32,000 bases of DNA. Origin: Candidatus Saccharimonadota bacterium. GTDB taxonomy: Bacteria > Pseudomonadota > Gammaproteobacteria > Enterobacterales > Enterobacteriaceae. A program made the position numbers and the translations under genes. The DNA is taken from the NCBI RefSeq assembly GCF_004296535.1, contig NZ_AP018159.1, positions 150,001 through 182,000 of the forward strand, in the 5' to 3' direction. The notes beneath the pieces are model-generated. The model searched no databases, was not told the origin of the DNA, and saw nothing but the letters and a program-made list of their open reading frames with translations. Below, one piece after another: positions 1 through 11,347 of this stretch; position 1 is the first letter of the stretch; each line of letters starts with the position of its first letter.

Positions 1-205
1 CTGGAAATATTCTTATCCATATCTTACTTTCTTTTTTTAAAATTTTAGTTATAACTCTTCTTGTAGATTCTATTTGAAAAGAAGTTATTCTTCCACTTTC
101 CATAGAAACTATGGCAAATGAACCAAAATTTATAAACATATTTAAAATTCCTTTTGTCTTACTTTTATGACATTTAGTATATTTTGAATTTTTTGGTTGT
201 AGCAT
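1..205 (-). CDS. rplP: 50S ribosomal protein L16, N-terminal part (gene runs off the window edge)
   Basis: The reverse complement from the ATG at 205..203 translates to MLQPKNSKYTKCHKSKTKGILNMFINFGSFAIVSMESGRITSFQIESTRRVITKILKKESKIWIRIFP. This matches the L16 N-terminus (MLQPKRTKFRK...GRLTARQIEAARRA...KIWIRVFP). It sits directly after rpsC, as in the S10 operon. Confidence 0.9.
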   Translation of the reverse strand, partial: MLQPKNSKYTKCHKSKTKGILNMFINFGSFAIVSMESGRITSFQIESTRRVITKILKKESKIWIRIFP

Positions 206-218
206 ATTTTTTTTTTTT

Positions 219-845
219 TTAAAAAATCATTCCTTTAAATACCCAAACTTTTATTCCAATTATACCATATGTAGTTTTACATATTGAACAATTATAATCT
301 ATATTAGATCTTATTGTGTGTAATGGAATTCTTCCTTCTTTGTACCATTCTGATCTTGCTATATCCGAACCTCCTAACCTTCCACTTATTTTAATTTTTA
401 TACCTAAAGCTCCATATTTCATAGATTGTTGTATATATCTTTTAATAACTTTTCTAAATGATTTTTTTTTTTTTATTTGAAAAGATATATTTTCAGAAAT
501 TAATTTTGCATCTAATTCGGGATTTTTAACTTCAAAAACTTTAATTAAAGTTTCTATTTTTGATATACCACTAATTTTATTTTTTAACTTTATTAAATCT
601 TCTCCTTTTTTACCTATTATAATTCCTGGTTTAGAAGTATATATATTAATAATAATATTACTAGATAATCTTTCTATTATTATATTTGATATTGGAACTT
701 TATGTAAATAAATATTAATAAAATTTCTTATTAAATAATCATTTCTTAAATTATCTAAAAATTTTTTTTTATCTGAATACCATATAGAATTCCAAAATTT
801 ATTTATTCCTAATCTAAATATTATAGGATTAACTTTTTGTCCCAT
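219..845 (-). CDS. rpsC: 30S ribosomal protein S3
   Basis: MGQKVNPIIFRLG N-terminus, KH-domain GKKGEDL motif, and S10-operon position between rplV and rplP. Confidence 0.97.
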   Translation of the reverse strand: MGQKVNPIIFRLGINKFWNSIWYSDKKKFLDNLRNDYLIRNFINIYLHKVPISNIIIERLSSNIIINIYTSKPGIIIGKKGEDLIKLKNKISGISKIETLIKVFEVKNPELDAKLISENISFQIKKKKSFRKVIKRYIQQSMKYGALGIKIKISGRLGGSDIARSEWYKEGRIPLHTIRSNIDYNCSICKTTYGIIGIKVWVFKGMIF

Positions 846-1185
846 CTTTTTTTTTAATATTTAATTTTATTATTATATGACTAGTTCTTTTTTTTATATA
901 ATTAACTCTACCTTTTGCTCTAGGAAAAACTTTTTTTATATAAGGCCCTTTATTAATTAATATTTTTTCTATAAATAAATCATTAATATTTATATTATAA
1001 TTATTTATTGCATTAAATATAGCAGATTTTAATGCTTTATTTATTAAAAATGAAGATTTTTTGTTAGATAAAGATAATATATGCATATTTTTTTCAGCAG
1101 ACAATTTTTTATTTATAGAATTGGCAACAATTCTTAATTTTAAATCAGAAGATTTAGCAAATTTGTACTTTGAATATATATTCAT
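829..1185 (-). CDS. rplV: 50S ribosomal protein L22
   Basis: ARSS..K.R.VA and PRAKGR...KRTSHI motifs typical of L22. Operon position fits. Overlaps rpsC by 17 nt. Confidence 0.92.
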   Translation of the reverse strand: MNIYSKYKFAKSSDLKLRIVANSINKKLSAEKNMHILSLSNKKSSFLINKALKSAIFNAINNYNININDLFIEKILINKGPYIKKVFPRAKGRVNYIKKRTSHIIIKLNIKKKDGTKS

Positions 1186-1192
1186 ATATTTT

Positions 1193-1474
1193 TTATTTTT
1201 TATTTATTTTTTTATTTTTTGTAATATGCCCTTTATATGTTCTAGTAGGTGAAAATTCTCCTAATTTATGACCAACCATTTCTTCAGTTATATACACTGG
1301 TATATGCTTTTTACCATTATGAACAGCTATAGTTAGACCTATCATTTTAGGAAAAATAACAGATCTTCTAGACCAAGTTTTAATTATTTTATTATCTTTA
1401 TTTTTTAATAAATTATCTACCTTTTTTATTAAATGTAAATCAATAAAAGGACCTTTTTTAACAGAACGAGACAT
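1193..1474 (-). CDS. rpsS: 30S ribosomal protein S19
   Basis: [12 protein letters not shown]...[24 protein letters not shown] is near-canonical S19. Confidence 0.97.
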   Translation of the reverse strand: MSRSVKKGPFIDLHLIKKVDNLLKNKDNKIIKTWSRRSVIFPKMIGLTIAVHNGKKHIPVYITEEMVGHKLGEFSPTRTYKGHITKNKKINKK

Positions 1475-1479
1475 AAATT

Positions 1480-2310
1480 TTATTTTTTTCTTTTTTTAAT
1501 GATGAATTTATTTGTTCTTTTATTTTTTCTAGTTTTTTTACCTTTAGTTTTAATACCTAAAGGTGTAACAGGATGTTTACCAAAATTTTTTCCTTCACCA
1601 CCTCCATGAGGATGATCAACAGGATTCATAGCTGTTCCTCTAACTGTTGGTCTTGTTCCTCTCCATCTATTAGCTCCCGCTTTTCCTAAAGATTGTAAAA
1701 ACATTTTTTCATTTCCTACTTCTCCTATAGTAGCTCTACAAGAAGAAAGAATTTTTCTTATTTCACCAGATTTTAATTTTATTATAGAATATTTTTTATC
1801 TTTAGATAATAATTGAGAATAAGATCCTGCGGATCTAGATATTTTACCTCCTTTCTTTGGTAACATTTCTATATTATGTATATTAGTTCCTATAGGAATA
1901 TTTTTTATCTCCATACAATTTCCTATTTTTATATCAACTTTACTTCCAGATATAATTTTATCTCCTATATTTAAATTTTTTGGTAATAAAATATATTTTT
2001 TTATACCATCACTATAAACAATTAAAGCTATATTACACGACCTATTAGGATCATATTCTAATCTAATAACTTTTGCAAATATATTATCTTTATTTCTTTT
2101 AAAATCTATAATACGATATTTTCTTTTATGACCACCTCCTATATGTCTAACTGTAATTTTTCCTTGATTATTTCTACCACCAGTTTTTTTTATAGGAAAA
2201 ATCATTTTCTTATTCTTATTTTTACCTTTAAATAAGAAATTATTTTTTAATCTTCTTAAATGTCTAATTCCTGGTGATGTTGGTTTATATTTAATAATAT
2301 TACTTTTCAT
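1480..2310 (-). CDS. rplB: 50S ribosomal protein L2
   Basis: [26 protein letters not shown] motifs. 276 aa. Confidence 0.98.
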   Translation of the reverse strand: MKSNIIKYKPTSPGIRHLRRLKNNFLFKGKNKNKKMIFPIKKTGGRNNQGKITVRHIGGGHKRKYRIIDFKRNKDNIFAKVIRLEYDPNRSCNIALIVYSDGIKKYILLPKNLNIGDKIISGSKVDIKIGNCMEIKNIPIGTNIHNIEMLPKKGGKISRSAGSYSQLLSKDKKYSIIKLKSGEIRKILSSCRATIGEVGNEKMFLQSLGKAGANRWRGTRPTVRGTAMNPVDHPHGGGEGKNFGKHPVTPLGIKTKGKKTRKNKRTNKFIIKKRKK

Positions 2311-2653
2311 AATCTATTATATTACTACTATTTATTTCATTTAATTTATTTAAAAAAATCTTTTTTTGATTTGATTCTAATATAACATAAACTTTCTTCC
2401 ATAATTTACTATATCCAAATTTATTATTTTTTATTTTTTTATTTTTTTTTTTCTTAACTAAACATACATTTATTTTTTTTATTTTTAAATTAAAAAAATA
2501 AACTATAGATCTTTTTATATCTATTTTATTATATTTATTATTTACTTTAAATACTAAAATGTTTGATTTTTCTAATAAAAAATTAGATTTTTCAGATATA
2601 TAAATATTTTTAATTATATCAAACAAATATAAATTTTTTATATTAATAATCAT
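2300..2653 (-). CDS. rplW: 50S ribosomal protein L23 (divergent)
   Basis: ISEKS...EKSN.LVFKV and WKK.YV motifs align with the L23 pattern (VSEKA..EKSNTIVLKV, WKKAYV). Position between rplD and rplB. Overlaps rplB by 11 nt. Confidence 0.85.
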   Translation of the reverse strand: MIINIKNLYLFDIIKNIYISEKSNFLLEKSNILVFKVNNKYNKIDIKRSIVYFFNLKIKKINVCLVKKKKNKKIKNNKFGYSKLWKKVYVILESNQKKIFLNKLNEINSSNIIDYEK

Positions 2654-3258
2654 AATAATAATTTTTCTAGATTTCTTAAAGTAAATTCTGTTAAGATAAT
2701 ATAATTAAAATTTAATAAACTTATTAAGTTTATATCAAAAATACACTTAACATATAAAAAATAAATGTTATTAGAAGATTTAATTAAATATTCATTATAT
2801 TTATCTATTAAAATAACAGTTTTATTTTTTTTAACTATATTAAAAATTTTATTATATAAATATTTTGTTTTTATAGAATTGACATAAAATTCATTGAATA
2901 CTATAAATGAATTAATATTTATAAATTTAGAAAACATAGATTTACATGCTAATTTATACATTTTTTTATTTATTTTACATACATAATTTTTTCTTTGATT
3001 ACCAAATGTAACACCTCCAGATCTCCAAATAGGACTTCTAATACAACCAGATCTAGCTTTACCAGTTCCTTTTTGTTTCCATGGTTTTTTATTAGATCCA
3101 GAAACATTAGATCTATTTTTATTTAATTTAGTATTTTGTCTAATATTAGATAAATATGAAACATATACTTGATGTATAACAGATTCATTATATTTTACAT
3201 TAAAAATATTATCTAAAATATCTATTTCTTTTTTAGTATCTTTTAAAATTATTTTCAT
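2650..3258 (-). CDS. rplD: 50S ribosomal protein L4
   Basis: KPWKQKGTGKARSG..RSPIWRSGGVTFG core motif. ATGA 4-nt overlap with rplW. Confidence 0.95.
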   Translation of the reverse strand: MKIILKDTKKEIDILDNIFNVKYNESVIHQVYVSYLSNIRQNTKLNKNRSNVSGSNKKPWKQKGTGKARSGCIRSPIWRSGGVTFGNQRKNYVCKINKKMYKLACKSMFSKFININSFIVFNEFYVNSIKTKYLYNKIFNIVKKNKTVILIDKYNEYLIKSSNNIYFLYVKCIFDINLISLLNFNYIILTEFTLRNLEKLLL

Positions 3259-3277
3259 AATGATAAATTAAGAAGAT

Positions 3278-3895
3278 TTAACATACAAATTTTATATATA
3301 CATTATTATTATTATAACCAGGAATAGATCCTTTTACAAAAAGTAATTTATTATTAATATCTATTTTAAATATTTTAATATTTTTTATTGTTATTTTATC
3401 ACATCCATAATGACCGGCCATTTTTTTACCTTTATGTACTCTACCAGGTGACTGATTTTGACCTATAGATCCTGAAGCTCTATGTGATAACGAATTTCCA
3501 TGAGAAGCATCTTGTGATTTAAAATTCCATCTTTTTATAACACCAGAAAAACCTTTTCCTTTAGATATTCCTGTTATATTTACTTTACTAAAATTTAAAA
3601 AATAATCTAATTTAATAAACAAATTATCTTTAATATTATTTTTTAAATAATCATTATCTATAATAAAACTTTTTATTATAGAACTTGGAGTTATTTTTTT
3701 TTTATTAAAAATACCTAAAAATGGTTTATTAAATTTTTTTTTTAATTTTACTCCAGAAGTTATTTTAATAATAGATCTATTATTATTAATATTATCTATT
3801 GATATTATTCTATTATCAAAAATTTTAATTACAGTTATAGGAATAGAGCCGCTTTCTAAGAAAAATCTAGTCATGCCACATTTAAAACCAATCAT
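3278..3895 (-). CDS. rplC: 50S ribosomal protein L3
   Basis: MIGFKCGMTRFF matches the L3 N-terminus MIGLVGKKVGMTRIF. GKGFSGVIKRWNF and GSIGQNQSPGRVHKGKKMAGHYG motifs are present. The longest ORF starts 9 nt further upstream at 3904, and I cannot decide the start choice from sequence alone. Confidence 0.93.
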   Translation of the reverse strand: MIGFKCGMTRFFLESGSIPITVIKIFDNRIISIDNINNNRSIIKITSGVKLKKKFNKPFLGIFNKKKITPSSIIKSFIIDNDYLKNNIKDNLFIKLDYFLNFSKVNITGISKGKGFSGVIKRWNFKSQDASHGNSLSHRASGSIGQNQSPGRVHKGKKMAGHYGCDKITIKNIKIFKIDINNKLLFVKGSIPGYNNNNVYIKFVC

Positions 3896-3919
3896 ATATA
3901 TCATATTTTTTTAAAAAAT

Positions 3920-4234
3920 TTAAAGTAAAATTATTTGTACACTAACGCCTGAATTTAATTCTAATTTCATTAATGCATCTATTGTTTTATTAGATATATT
4001 ATTAATGTCTATTAATCTTTTATAAGTCAAAATTTCATACTGATCTCTAGCATCTTTATTTACATGAGGGGAGGTTAATATTGTATATCTTTCTCTTCTA
4101 GTAGGTAAAAAAACGGGTCCAATAACATTTGCTCCTGTTTTTTTAGCAGTATTTATTATTTCCTTTGAAGAATTATTTATAAATTTAAAATTAAATGATT
4201 TTAATTTTATGCGTATTTTATTTTTATTAATCAT
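3920..4234 (-). CDS. rpsJ: 30S ribosomal protein S10
   Basis: IRIKLKSF...[25 protein letters not shown] is near-identical to the enterobacterial S10 pattern. Confidence 0.97.
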   Translation of the reverse strand: MINKNKIRIKLKSFNFKFINNSSKEIINTAKKTGANVIGPVFLPTRRERYTILTSPHVNKDARDQYEILTYKRLIDINNISNKTIDALMKLELNSGVSVQIILL

Positions 4235-4239
4235 AAAAA

Positions 4240-6339
4240 TTATTTATTATTAATATTTTTTTTATTAATTATTTTATCTAATATATATTTAGGAGATTCT
4301 TTATATTTTAAAAATTCCATAGAATAATTGGCTCTACCTTTAGTTTTAGATCTTAAATCTGTTGAATAACCAAACATTTCTGATAATGGAACATAAGAAA
4401 TAATTATTTTATTATTAAAATTTTCTTTTATATTATTTATTATTCCCCTTCTTTTATTTAAATCTCCTATAATATCTCCCATATATTCTATAGGAGTTAT
4501 AACTTCTACTTTCATAATTGGTTCTAATATTACTGGATCTGCATCTAAAAAAGCTTTTTTAAATGCAATAGATCCAGCTATTTTAAATGCTATTTCAGAT
4601 GAATCTACAGGATGATATGATCCATCATAACATGAAACTTTTATATTAACAATAGGGTATCCTGCTAAAATTCCTATTTTCATTTGTTCTTGTATACCTT
4701 TATCAATAGATGGTATATATTCTTTTGGTATCGCTCCTCCTATTATATTATTAACAAATATATAATTTTTATCATAACAAGGTTCTATTTGAATAAATAC
4801 ATGTCCAAATTGACCTCTACCTCCAGTTTGTCTAATATATTTACCTTCTTTTCTAACTAGTTTTTTTATAGTTTCTCTATATGAAACTTCAGGTTTTCCC
4901 ATTTTAAAATCAATATTAAACTCTCTTTTCATTCTATCAGTTAATATTTCTAAATGTAATTCTCCCATTCCAGAAATTATTGTTTGTCCAGTATCGTTAT
5001 TAACATAAGATTTAAATGATGGATCTTCTTGCAATAATTTAGATATTGCTATACTCATTTTATCTTGATCTAATTTTGTATTAGGTTCAACAGCTATAGA
5101 AATAACCGGATTTGGAAATTCTATGTTTTCAAAAATAATAGGATTAAATTTTATATCACATAAAGTATCACCAGTTGAAACATTTTTTAATCCTATTACT
5201 GCTGCTATATCACCTGAATTAACTTCTTTTATTTCAAATTTATTATTAGCATGCATTTGAACAATTCTACCTAATCTTTCTTTACAATTTTTATTTGAAT
5301 TAAATACAAAATTTCCAGATTTTATATTTCCAGAATATACTCTAAAAAATGTTAGATTTCCTATACATGGATCTGAATAAATTTTAAAAACTAAGGCTGA
5401 AAAATTTTTATTTAATGCATTAATATATATTTCTTTTTTATTTTCTTTACCAATTTCTATACATTTTATATCAGGAATATCTAACGGAGATGGCAAATAT
5501 TCTATTATCATATCCAATAATGGCTGAACTCCTTTATTTTTAAATGCAGACCCGCATGTTATTAACATAATAGAATTATCTAATGTTTTTTTTCTTAATC
5601 CAAATATAATATCTTTATTAGATAAATTATTATCTATATATTTATTTAATAAAGATTCAGAAGATTCTACAGAAATTTCTATTAAATTATTTCTCCAATA
5701 ATTAGATATATTTAACATATCATCTGGAATTTTATCAAAAAAAAATTCAGATCCATAATTATTTTCATTCCAATAAATAGATTTCATTTCTATTAAATCA
5801 ACTAATCCTAAAAAAGTATCTTTTAAGATTATAGGCAAAAATAAAGGAACTGCATTACAATTTAACTTATTTTTTATTTGATTAATTATATCAAAATAGT
5901 TAGAACCTAATCTATCCATTTTATTTATAAATGCTATTCTAGGTATAGAATATTTATTAACTTGTTTCCAAACTGTTTCTGATTGAGGTTGAACTCCACC
6001 AACAGAACAGTAAACCATTATAGCTCCATCTAATATTCTCATAGATCTTTCCACTTCTATAGTAAAATCAACATGACCTGGTGTATCAATTATATTAATT
6101 CTATGTTGATCATATTTATTATCTATTCCAGACCAAAAACAAGTTGTAGTAGCAGAAGTTATTGTAATACCTCTTTCTTGTTCTTGTTTCATCCAATCCA
6201 TAGTTGCTAAACCATCATGAACTTCACCAATTTTTCTATTTATTCCTGTATAAAAAAGTATTCTTTCTGTTAAAGTTGTTTTTCCAGCATCTATATGAGC
6301 ACTTATTCCTATATTTCTATAATTTTTTATATTAGTCAT
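4240..6339 (-). CDS. fusA: Elongation factor G
   Basis: [22 protein letters not shown] GTPase motifs. 699 aa. Follows rpsG. Confidence 0.98.
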   Translation of the reverse strand: MTNIKNYRNIGISAHIDAGKTTLTERILFYTGINRKIGEVHDGLATMDWMKQEQERGITITSATTTCFWSGIDNKYDQHRINIIDTPGHVDFTIEVERSMRILDGAIMVYCSVGGVQPQSETVWKQVNKYSIPRIAFINKMDRLGSNYFDIINQIKNKLNCNAVPLFLPIILKDTFLGLVDLIEMKSIYWNENNYGSEFFFDKIPDDMLNISNYWRNNLIEISVESSESLLNKYIDNNLSNKDIIFGLRKKTLDNSIMLITCGSAFKNKGVQPLLDMIIEYLPSPLDIPDIKCIEIGKENKKEIYINALNKNFSALVFKIYSDPCIGNLTFFRVYSGNIKSGNFVFNSNKNCKERLGRIVQMHANNKFEIKEVNSGDIAAVIGLKNVSTGDTLCDIKFNPIIFENIEFPNPVISIAVEPNTKLDQDKMSIAISKLLQEDPSFKSYVNNDTGQTIISGMGELHLEILTDRMKREFNIDFKMGKPEVSYRETIKKLVRKEGKYIRQTGGRGQFGHVFIQIEPCYDKNYIFVNNIIGGAIPKEYIPSIDKGIQEQMKIGILAGYPIVNIKVSCYDGSYHPVDSSEIAFKIAGSIAFKKAFLDADPVILEPIMKVEVITPIEYMGDIIGDLNKRRGIINNIKENFNNKIIISYVPLSEMFGYSTDLRSKTKGRANYSMEFLKYKESPKYILDKIINKKNINNK

Positions 6340-6352
6340 AAAAATTTTTTAT

Positions 6353-6829
6353 TTATAGTTTATAATGAGTAAAAGCTTTATTTGATTCAGCTATCTTATG
6401 AATTTCATCTCTTTTTTTTAAAGAAAACCCTTTATTATTTAATATATCAATATATTCATTAGATAATTTAATAAACATAAACTTATTTTCTAATCTTTTT
6501 CTAGCTGAATTTATTATCCATCTAATAGCTAAAGTGTTTGCTCTATTAATACTTATTTCAACAGGTATACTATATTTTGATCCACCAATTTTTCTAGATT
6601 TTACTTCAATAATTGGTTTAACTTTTTCTATTACATTTTTTTCAAAATTTAATATATCAAAGTTATTTATTTTATTAAAAAAAATATCTAAAGATTTATA
6701 AACAATATATCTTGCTAAAGTTTTTTTTCCTTTTAACATTAATAAATTTATAAATTTAGATATTATTTTAGAATTAAATTTATAATCTGGTAATATTTTT
6801 TTATTAAATGATAAATTTTTACGAGACAT
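6353..6829 (-). CDS. rpsG: 30S ribosomal protein S7
   Basis: 158 aa. The KGKK..A..IVY and VEVKSR.IGG..Y.IPVE pattern fits S7. Position between rpsL and fusA. Confidence 0.93.
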   Translation of the reverse strand: MSRKNLSFNKKILPDYKFNSKIISKFINLLMLKGKKTLARYIVYKSLDIFFNKINNFDILNFEKNVIEKVKPIIEVKSRKIGGSKYSIPVEISINRANTLAIRWIINSARKRLENKFMFIKLSNEYIDILNNKGFSLKKRDEIHKIAESNKAFTHYKL

Positions 6830-6846
6830 AAAATTATTTTTTAAAT

Positions 6847-7215
6847 TTATATTTTTTTTGTTCCATATTTAGATCTACTTTTTTTTCTATCTTTAACGCC
6901 ATTACAATCTAATATTCCTCTAATAACATGATATCTAACACCAGGTAAATCTTTAACTCTTCCACCTCTTACTAAAACTGAAGAATGTTCTTGTAAATTA
7001 TGACCTTCTCCTGATATATATGCTGTTATTTCATAATTATTAGTTAATCTTACTCTACAAACTTTTCTTAAAGCAGAATTGGGTTTTTTAGGAGTAATAG
7101 TATAAACTTTAATACATATCCCTCTTTTTTGAGGACATTTATTTAATGCCAATGTATTACTTTTATATTTTTTCTTTTTTCTAGAATTTTTTATTAATTG
7201 ATTTATAGTAGTCAC
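6847..7215 (-). CDS. rpsL: 30S ribosomal protein S12
   Basis: TINQLI...[29 protein letters not shown]...[28 protein letters not shown] is canonical S12. Confidence 0.98.
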   Translation of the reverse strand: MTTINQLIKNSRKKKKYKSNTLALNKCPQKRGICIKVYTITPKKPNSALRKVCRVRLTNNYEITAYISGEGHNLQEHSSVLVRGGRVKDLPGVRYHVIRGILDCNGVKDRKKSRSKYGTKKI

Positions 7216-7314
7216 TTTAAAATATAATTGAAATTAAATTTAAAAAAAAAATAAATAAATTAATTATACTAAATTTTAATAATAAAATCTAATAAATTAA
7301 TTTTATTTTATTTT

Positions 7315-10300
7315 TTATTTTTCAAAATTCATTTTTTTTTGATAGTCAATATACCCAGTTCCAGCAGGTATTAATCTGCCTACAATAACATTTTCTTTTA
7401 ATCCTTTTAAAAAATCTATTTTTCCTAATATAGAAGATTCTGTTAAAACTCTAGTAGTTTCTTGAAATGATGCTGAAGATATAAATGAATCAGTTATTAA
7501 TGATGATTTTGTAATTCCTAATAAAATATGTTGGTATTTAATATTTTTTTTATTTTTTTTGTTTAAATCATAATTAATTTTTTTTACCTTTATAAACTCT
7601 ATACTATCATTTTTATTTAAAAATGATTCTCCTGGATCAATTATTAAAACTTTTTTCAACATTTGTTTAATTATAATTTCTATATGTTTATCATTTATTT
7701 TAACTCCCTGTAATTTATATATAGATTGTATTTCATCTATCATAAAATTAATTAATTTATTTAATCCTCTTAATCTTAATATATCATTTAAAGAAGCTTG
7801 ACCATCTGATATAATATCTCCTTTTTCTACTAAACTCTCATTTAAAACTTGTAAATTTTTCCATTTTGGAATTATTGTTTCATATAGTATTTTATTATTA
7901 TCAATAGATTTTATAATAATTTTTCTTTTACCTTTAGGTAAATTATTAATAAAAATAATTCCATTTTCTTCTGCTAAAATAGCTTGATTTTTAGGATTAC
8001 GAACTTCAAATAAATCAGAAATTCTAGGTAAACCTCCAGTTATATCTTCTTTTATTGATCCTTTATTCTGAGGTATTTTTGCTATAATATCTCCACAATT
8101 AATATACTCATTATCATGAACTTGAATTATAGATTTATCAGGAATTATAAATTGATATGATTCATTATTACTATTTATAATTTCTATTGTTGGTAAAAAA
8201 TTTCTATTTTCTATTAATCTATCATGATAATCTATTATCATTATAAAATCTATTCCAGTTATTTCATCTAATTTATTTATAACAGTTTTATCTACTATTA
8301 TATCTTTAAATTTTACTCTACCGTCAATATTTGAAATTATAGGTATATAATATGGATCATATTTTATTAATAAATCTCCAGATTTTACAAAATCATTATT
8401 CATCTTATATATTATTGATCCATATGGAATTTTATATTTGCCTTGTAATTCATTATTATTAAATATTTTAATTTCAGAATTTTTTGATATAACTACAAAT
8501 TGATCAAATTTATTTTTAACATATTTAAGGTTATTAAAGTCTAATATTCCCGAATATTTGGAATATATATTTGAATCTATTATGGAGTTACTAAAAGCAG
8601 CTCCTCCTATATGAAAAGTTCTCATAGTTAATTGAGTACCAGGTTCACCTATAGACTGAGCAGCAATAACTCCAACAGATTCTCCTTGACTAACAATATT
8701 TCCATTTGATAAATCTATTCCGTAACACACAGAACATATTCCAAATTCATTATCACACATTATAACAGATCTTATTTTTAATTTATTTATTAAATTAAAT
8801 TCTATTATATTACAAATATTACTATCTATTATTGTATTATCACGTATTATGATTTTATTATTAATACATATATCATTTATAATAAATCTTCCAAAAATTT
8901 TATTATATATTTCTTCTTTTATTTTTTCATTTTCTAATATATCATATATATATATTCCTTCTTTTGTATTACAATTATATTTTGTTATTACTAAATCTTG
9001 CGCTACATCTACTAATCTTCTAGTTAAATATCCAGAATTTGCCGTTTTCAAAGCAGTATCAGCTAAACCTTTTCTAGCTCCATGAGTTGATATAAAATAT
9101 TGAAAAACATCTAATCCTTCTTTAAAATTAGATTTTATAGGATTTTCTATTATAGAACCATCTGGTTTAGTCATTAAACCTCTTATACCTGATAATTGTC
9201 TAATTTGAGTTGAAGAACCCCTTGCTCCTGAATCATACATTATAAAAATACTATTTAATAATTCTTTATAATTAGAACTATTTTTATATTTAGATAAATT
9301 ATTTATCATTTCAGTAGTTATTTCTTCACTAACATTTAACCATATATTAATAATTTTATTATAACGTTCTTCATTACTTAATAATCCTGATTTATACTGA
9401 TTTTGTATATTTTCTACTTCAATATCAGCTTTATTTATTATATTAAATTTTTTATCTGGTATTACTAAATCATCAAGACTAACAGAAATTCCAGATTTAG
9501 ATGCATATATAAAACCAATATACATTAAATTATCTATTAATTTTATAGTATCTTTTATACCAAGTAATTTATAACTTATATTAATAAGATTTAATATATC
9601 TTTTTTTCTTAAACATTTATTTATTAAATTAAATCTTAATTTTTTTGGAAAAAAATCCCATAATAATATTCTTCCTACAGTAGTAGATACTATATTATAT
9701 ATTTCTTCATTATTTATAATTTCTAATATTCTAACTTTTATATTTGTATGAATACTTATAATATTCATATCATAATATTTTTTAACTTCATTTAAATTAG
9801 AAAATATTGAATTATATTTTATATTTTCATCTATATTAACAGTTAGATAATATATTCCTATTATTATATCTTGAGAAGGTATTATAACAGGATCTCCATT
9901 TGAAGGAGATAAAATATTATTAGTAGACATCATTAATATTTTAGATTCTATCTTAGATTCTATTGATATAGGTATATGAATAGCCATTTGATCTCCATCG
10001 AAATCTGCATTATATGCTGTACATACTAATGGATGCAATTGAATAGATTTTCCTTCTATTAATATAGGATAAAAAGATTGTATACCTAATCTATGTAAAG
10101 TAGGAGCTCTATTAAGAAGAATTGGATAATCTTTAATTATTTCTAATAATACATCCCAAACAATAGAATCTTTAGAATCAACAATTTTTTTAGAAGACTT
10201 TAAATTGTTTGATATACCATTTTCAATAAGTTTATTATAAATAAATGGTTTAAATAATTCTAAAGCCATTTCTTTTGGAATTCCACATTGATTCAATTTT

Positions 10301-11340
10301 AAATATGGTCCAACAGTTATAACAGATCTTCCAGAATAGTCAACTCTTTTTCCTAATAAATTTTGTCTAAATCTACCATGTTTACCTTTTATCATATCAG
10401 ATAATGATTTTAAATGTCTTTTAGAACTTATAGTTTTATCTTGACGACTATTATCTAATAAAGAATCAACAGATTCTTGTAACATTCTTTTTTCATTTTT
10501 TATTATAATATCAGGAGCAGATAAATTTATTAATTTTCTTAATCTATTATTTCTATTTATTACTCTTCTATAAAGATCATTTAAATCTGATGTAGCAAAT
10601 CTTCCACCGTCTAATGGAACTAAAGGTCTTAAATCTGGAGGTAATATAGGTAATACATTTAATATCATCCAATCAGGTTTATTATTAGAATTTATAAAAG
10701 ATTTTATTAAATCAATTCTTTTTAATATTCTTTTATTTTTAAAATCTGATTGAGTATAACTTAATATTTTATTTAATTTTATAAGTTCTTGTTGTAAATT
10801 TATATTTTTTAATAAAATCTGAATTGCTTCAGCTCCCATTTTAACTTCAAAATCAAAATTATTAATATCTAAAAATTCTTTTTCAGATATTATTTTTCCT
10901 ATTGGAAATTTATTATTATTACTTTTAGTTATAATATAAGATTCAAAATATAAAACTTTTTCTATGTCTTTAATAGACATATCTAATAATAAACCTATTT
11001 TTGAAGGTAATGATCTTAAAAACCATATATGAGCAACAGGAGAAGATAATTCTATATGACCCATTCTAATTCTTCTAACTTTAGATTCTATAATTTCAAC
11101 ACCACATTTTTCACATTTTATTCCTTTAAATTTAACCTTTTTATATTTTCCACATAAACACTCATAATCTTTTATAGGACCAAAAATTTTAGAACAAAAT
11201 AATCCATCTCTTTCAGGTTTAAATGTTCTATAATTTATAGTTTCAGGCTTTTTTACCTCTCCATACGACCATGATCTTATAATATCAGGTGAAGCTATAG
11301 ACAATTTTATTGAATTAAATTTTTTATATAAATTATTCAT
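7315..11340 (-). CDS. rpoC: DNA-directed RNA polymerase subunit beta-prime
   Basis: Zinc-binding CLCGKY...CEKCGVE, catalytic NADFDGDQMAIH. 1341 aa. Confidence 0.98.
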   Translation of the reverse strand: MNNLYKKFNSIKLSIASPDIIRSWSYGEVKKPETINYRTFKPERDGLFCSKIFGPIKDYECLCGKYKKVKFKGIKCEKCGVEIIESKVRRIRMGHIELSSPVAHIWFLRSLPSKIGLLLDMSIKDIEKVLYFESYIITKSNNNKFPIGKIISEKEFLDINNFDFEVKMGAEAIQILLKNINLQQELIKLNKILSYTQSDFKNKRILKRIDLIKSFINSNNKPDWMILNVLPILPPDLRPLVPLDGGRFATSDLNDLYRRVINRNNRLRKLINLSAPDIIIKNEKRMLQESVDSLLDNSRQDKTISSKRHLKSLSDMIKGKHGRFRQNLLGKRVDYSGRSVITVGPYLKLNQCGIPKEMALELFKPFIYNKLIENGISNNLKSSKKIVDSKDSIVWDVLLEIIKDYPILLNRAPTLHRLGIQSFYPILIEGKSIQLHPLVCTAYNADFDGDQMAIHIPISIESKIESKILMMSTNNILSPSNGDPVIIPSQDIIIGIYYLTVNIDENIKYNSIFSNLNEVKKYYDMNIISIHTNIKVRILEIINNEEIYNIVSTTVGRILLWDFFPKKLRFNLINKCLRKKDILNLINISYKLLGIKDTIKLIDNLMYIGFIYASKSGISVSLDDLVIPDKKFNIINKADIEVENIQNQYKSGLLSNEERYNKIINIWLNVSEEITTEMINNLSKYKNSSNYKELLNSIFIMYDSGARGSSTQIRQLSGIRGLMTKPDGSIIENPIKSNFKEGLDVFQYFISTHGARKGLADTALKTANSGYLTRRLVDVAQDLVITKYNCNTKEGIYIYDILENEKIKEEIYNKIFGRFIINDICINNKIIIRDNTIIDSNICNIIEFNLINKLKIRSVIMCDNEFGICSVCYGIDLSNGNIVSQGESVGVIAAQSIGEPGTQLTMRTFHIGGAAFSNSIIDSNIYSKYSGILDFNNLKYVKNKFDQFVVISKNSEIKIFNNNELQGKYKIPYGSIIYKMNNDFVKSGDLLIKYDPYYIPIISNIDGRVKFKDIIVDKTVINKLDEITGIDFIMIIDYHDRLIENRNFLPTIEIINSNNESYQFIIPDKSIIQVHDNEYINCGDIIAKIPQNKGSIKEDITGGLPRISDLFEVRNPKNQAILAEENGIIFINNLPKGKRKIIIKSIDNNKILYETIIPKWKNLQVLNESLVEKGDIISDGQASLNDILRLRGLNKLINFMIDEIQSIYKLQGVKINDKHIEIIIKQMLKKVLIIDPGESFLNKNDSIEFIKVKKINYDLNKKNKKNIKYQHILLGITKSSLITDSFISSASFQETTRVLTESSILGKIDFLKGLKENVIVGRLIPAGTGYIDYQKKMNFEK

Positions 11341-11347
11341 TATTTAT

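Noticed and set aside
13-21. ttatccata, an 8/9 match to the DnaA box TTATCCACA
   Set aside because: A single imperfect copy inside the rplP coding sequence, with no cluster of boxes and no adjacent AT-rich unwinding element distinct from background.
7263-7292. Possible sigma-70 promoter for rpsL on the minus strand: TTAGAT, an 18-nt spacer, then a perfect TATAAT about 48 nt upstream of the rpsL start
   Set aside because: TATAAT-like hexamers occur constantly in roughly 85% AT sequence. The -35 is poor and the spacer is long. The location is plausible, but sequence alone cannot support it.
8849-9085. 78-aa + strand ORF inside rpoC; similarly 12056-12250 inside rpoB, 1061-1252 across rplV/rpsS, 24749-25127 (two ORFs) across dnaJ/dnaK, and 27323-27541 inside mrcB
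   Set aside because: All are antisense to strongly conserved genes, short and low-complexity. They are expected by chance given the strand composition.
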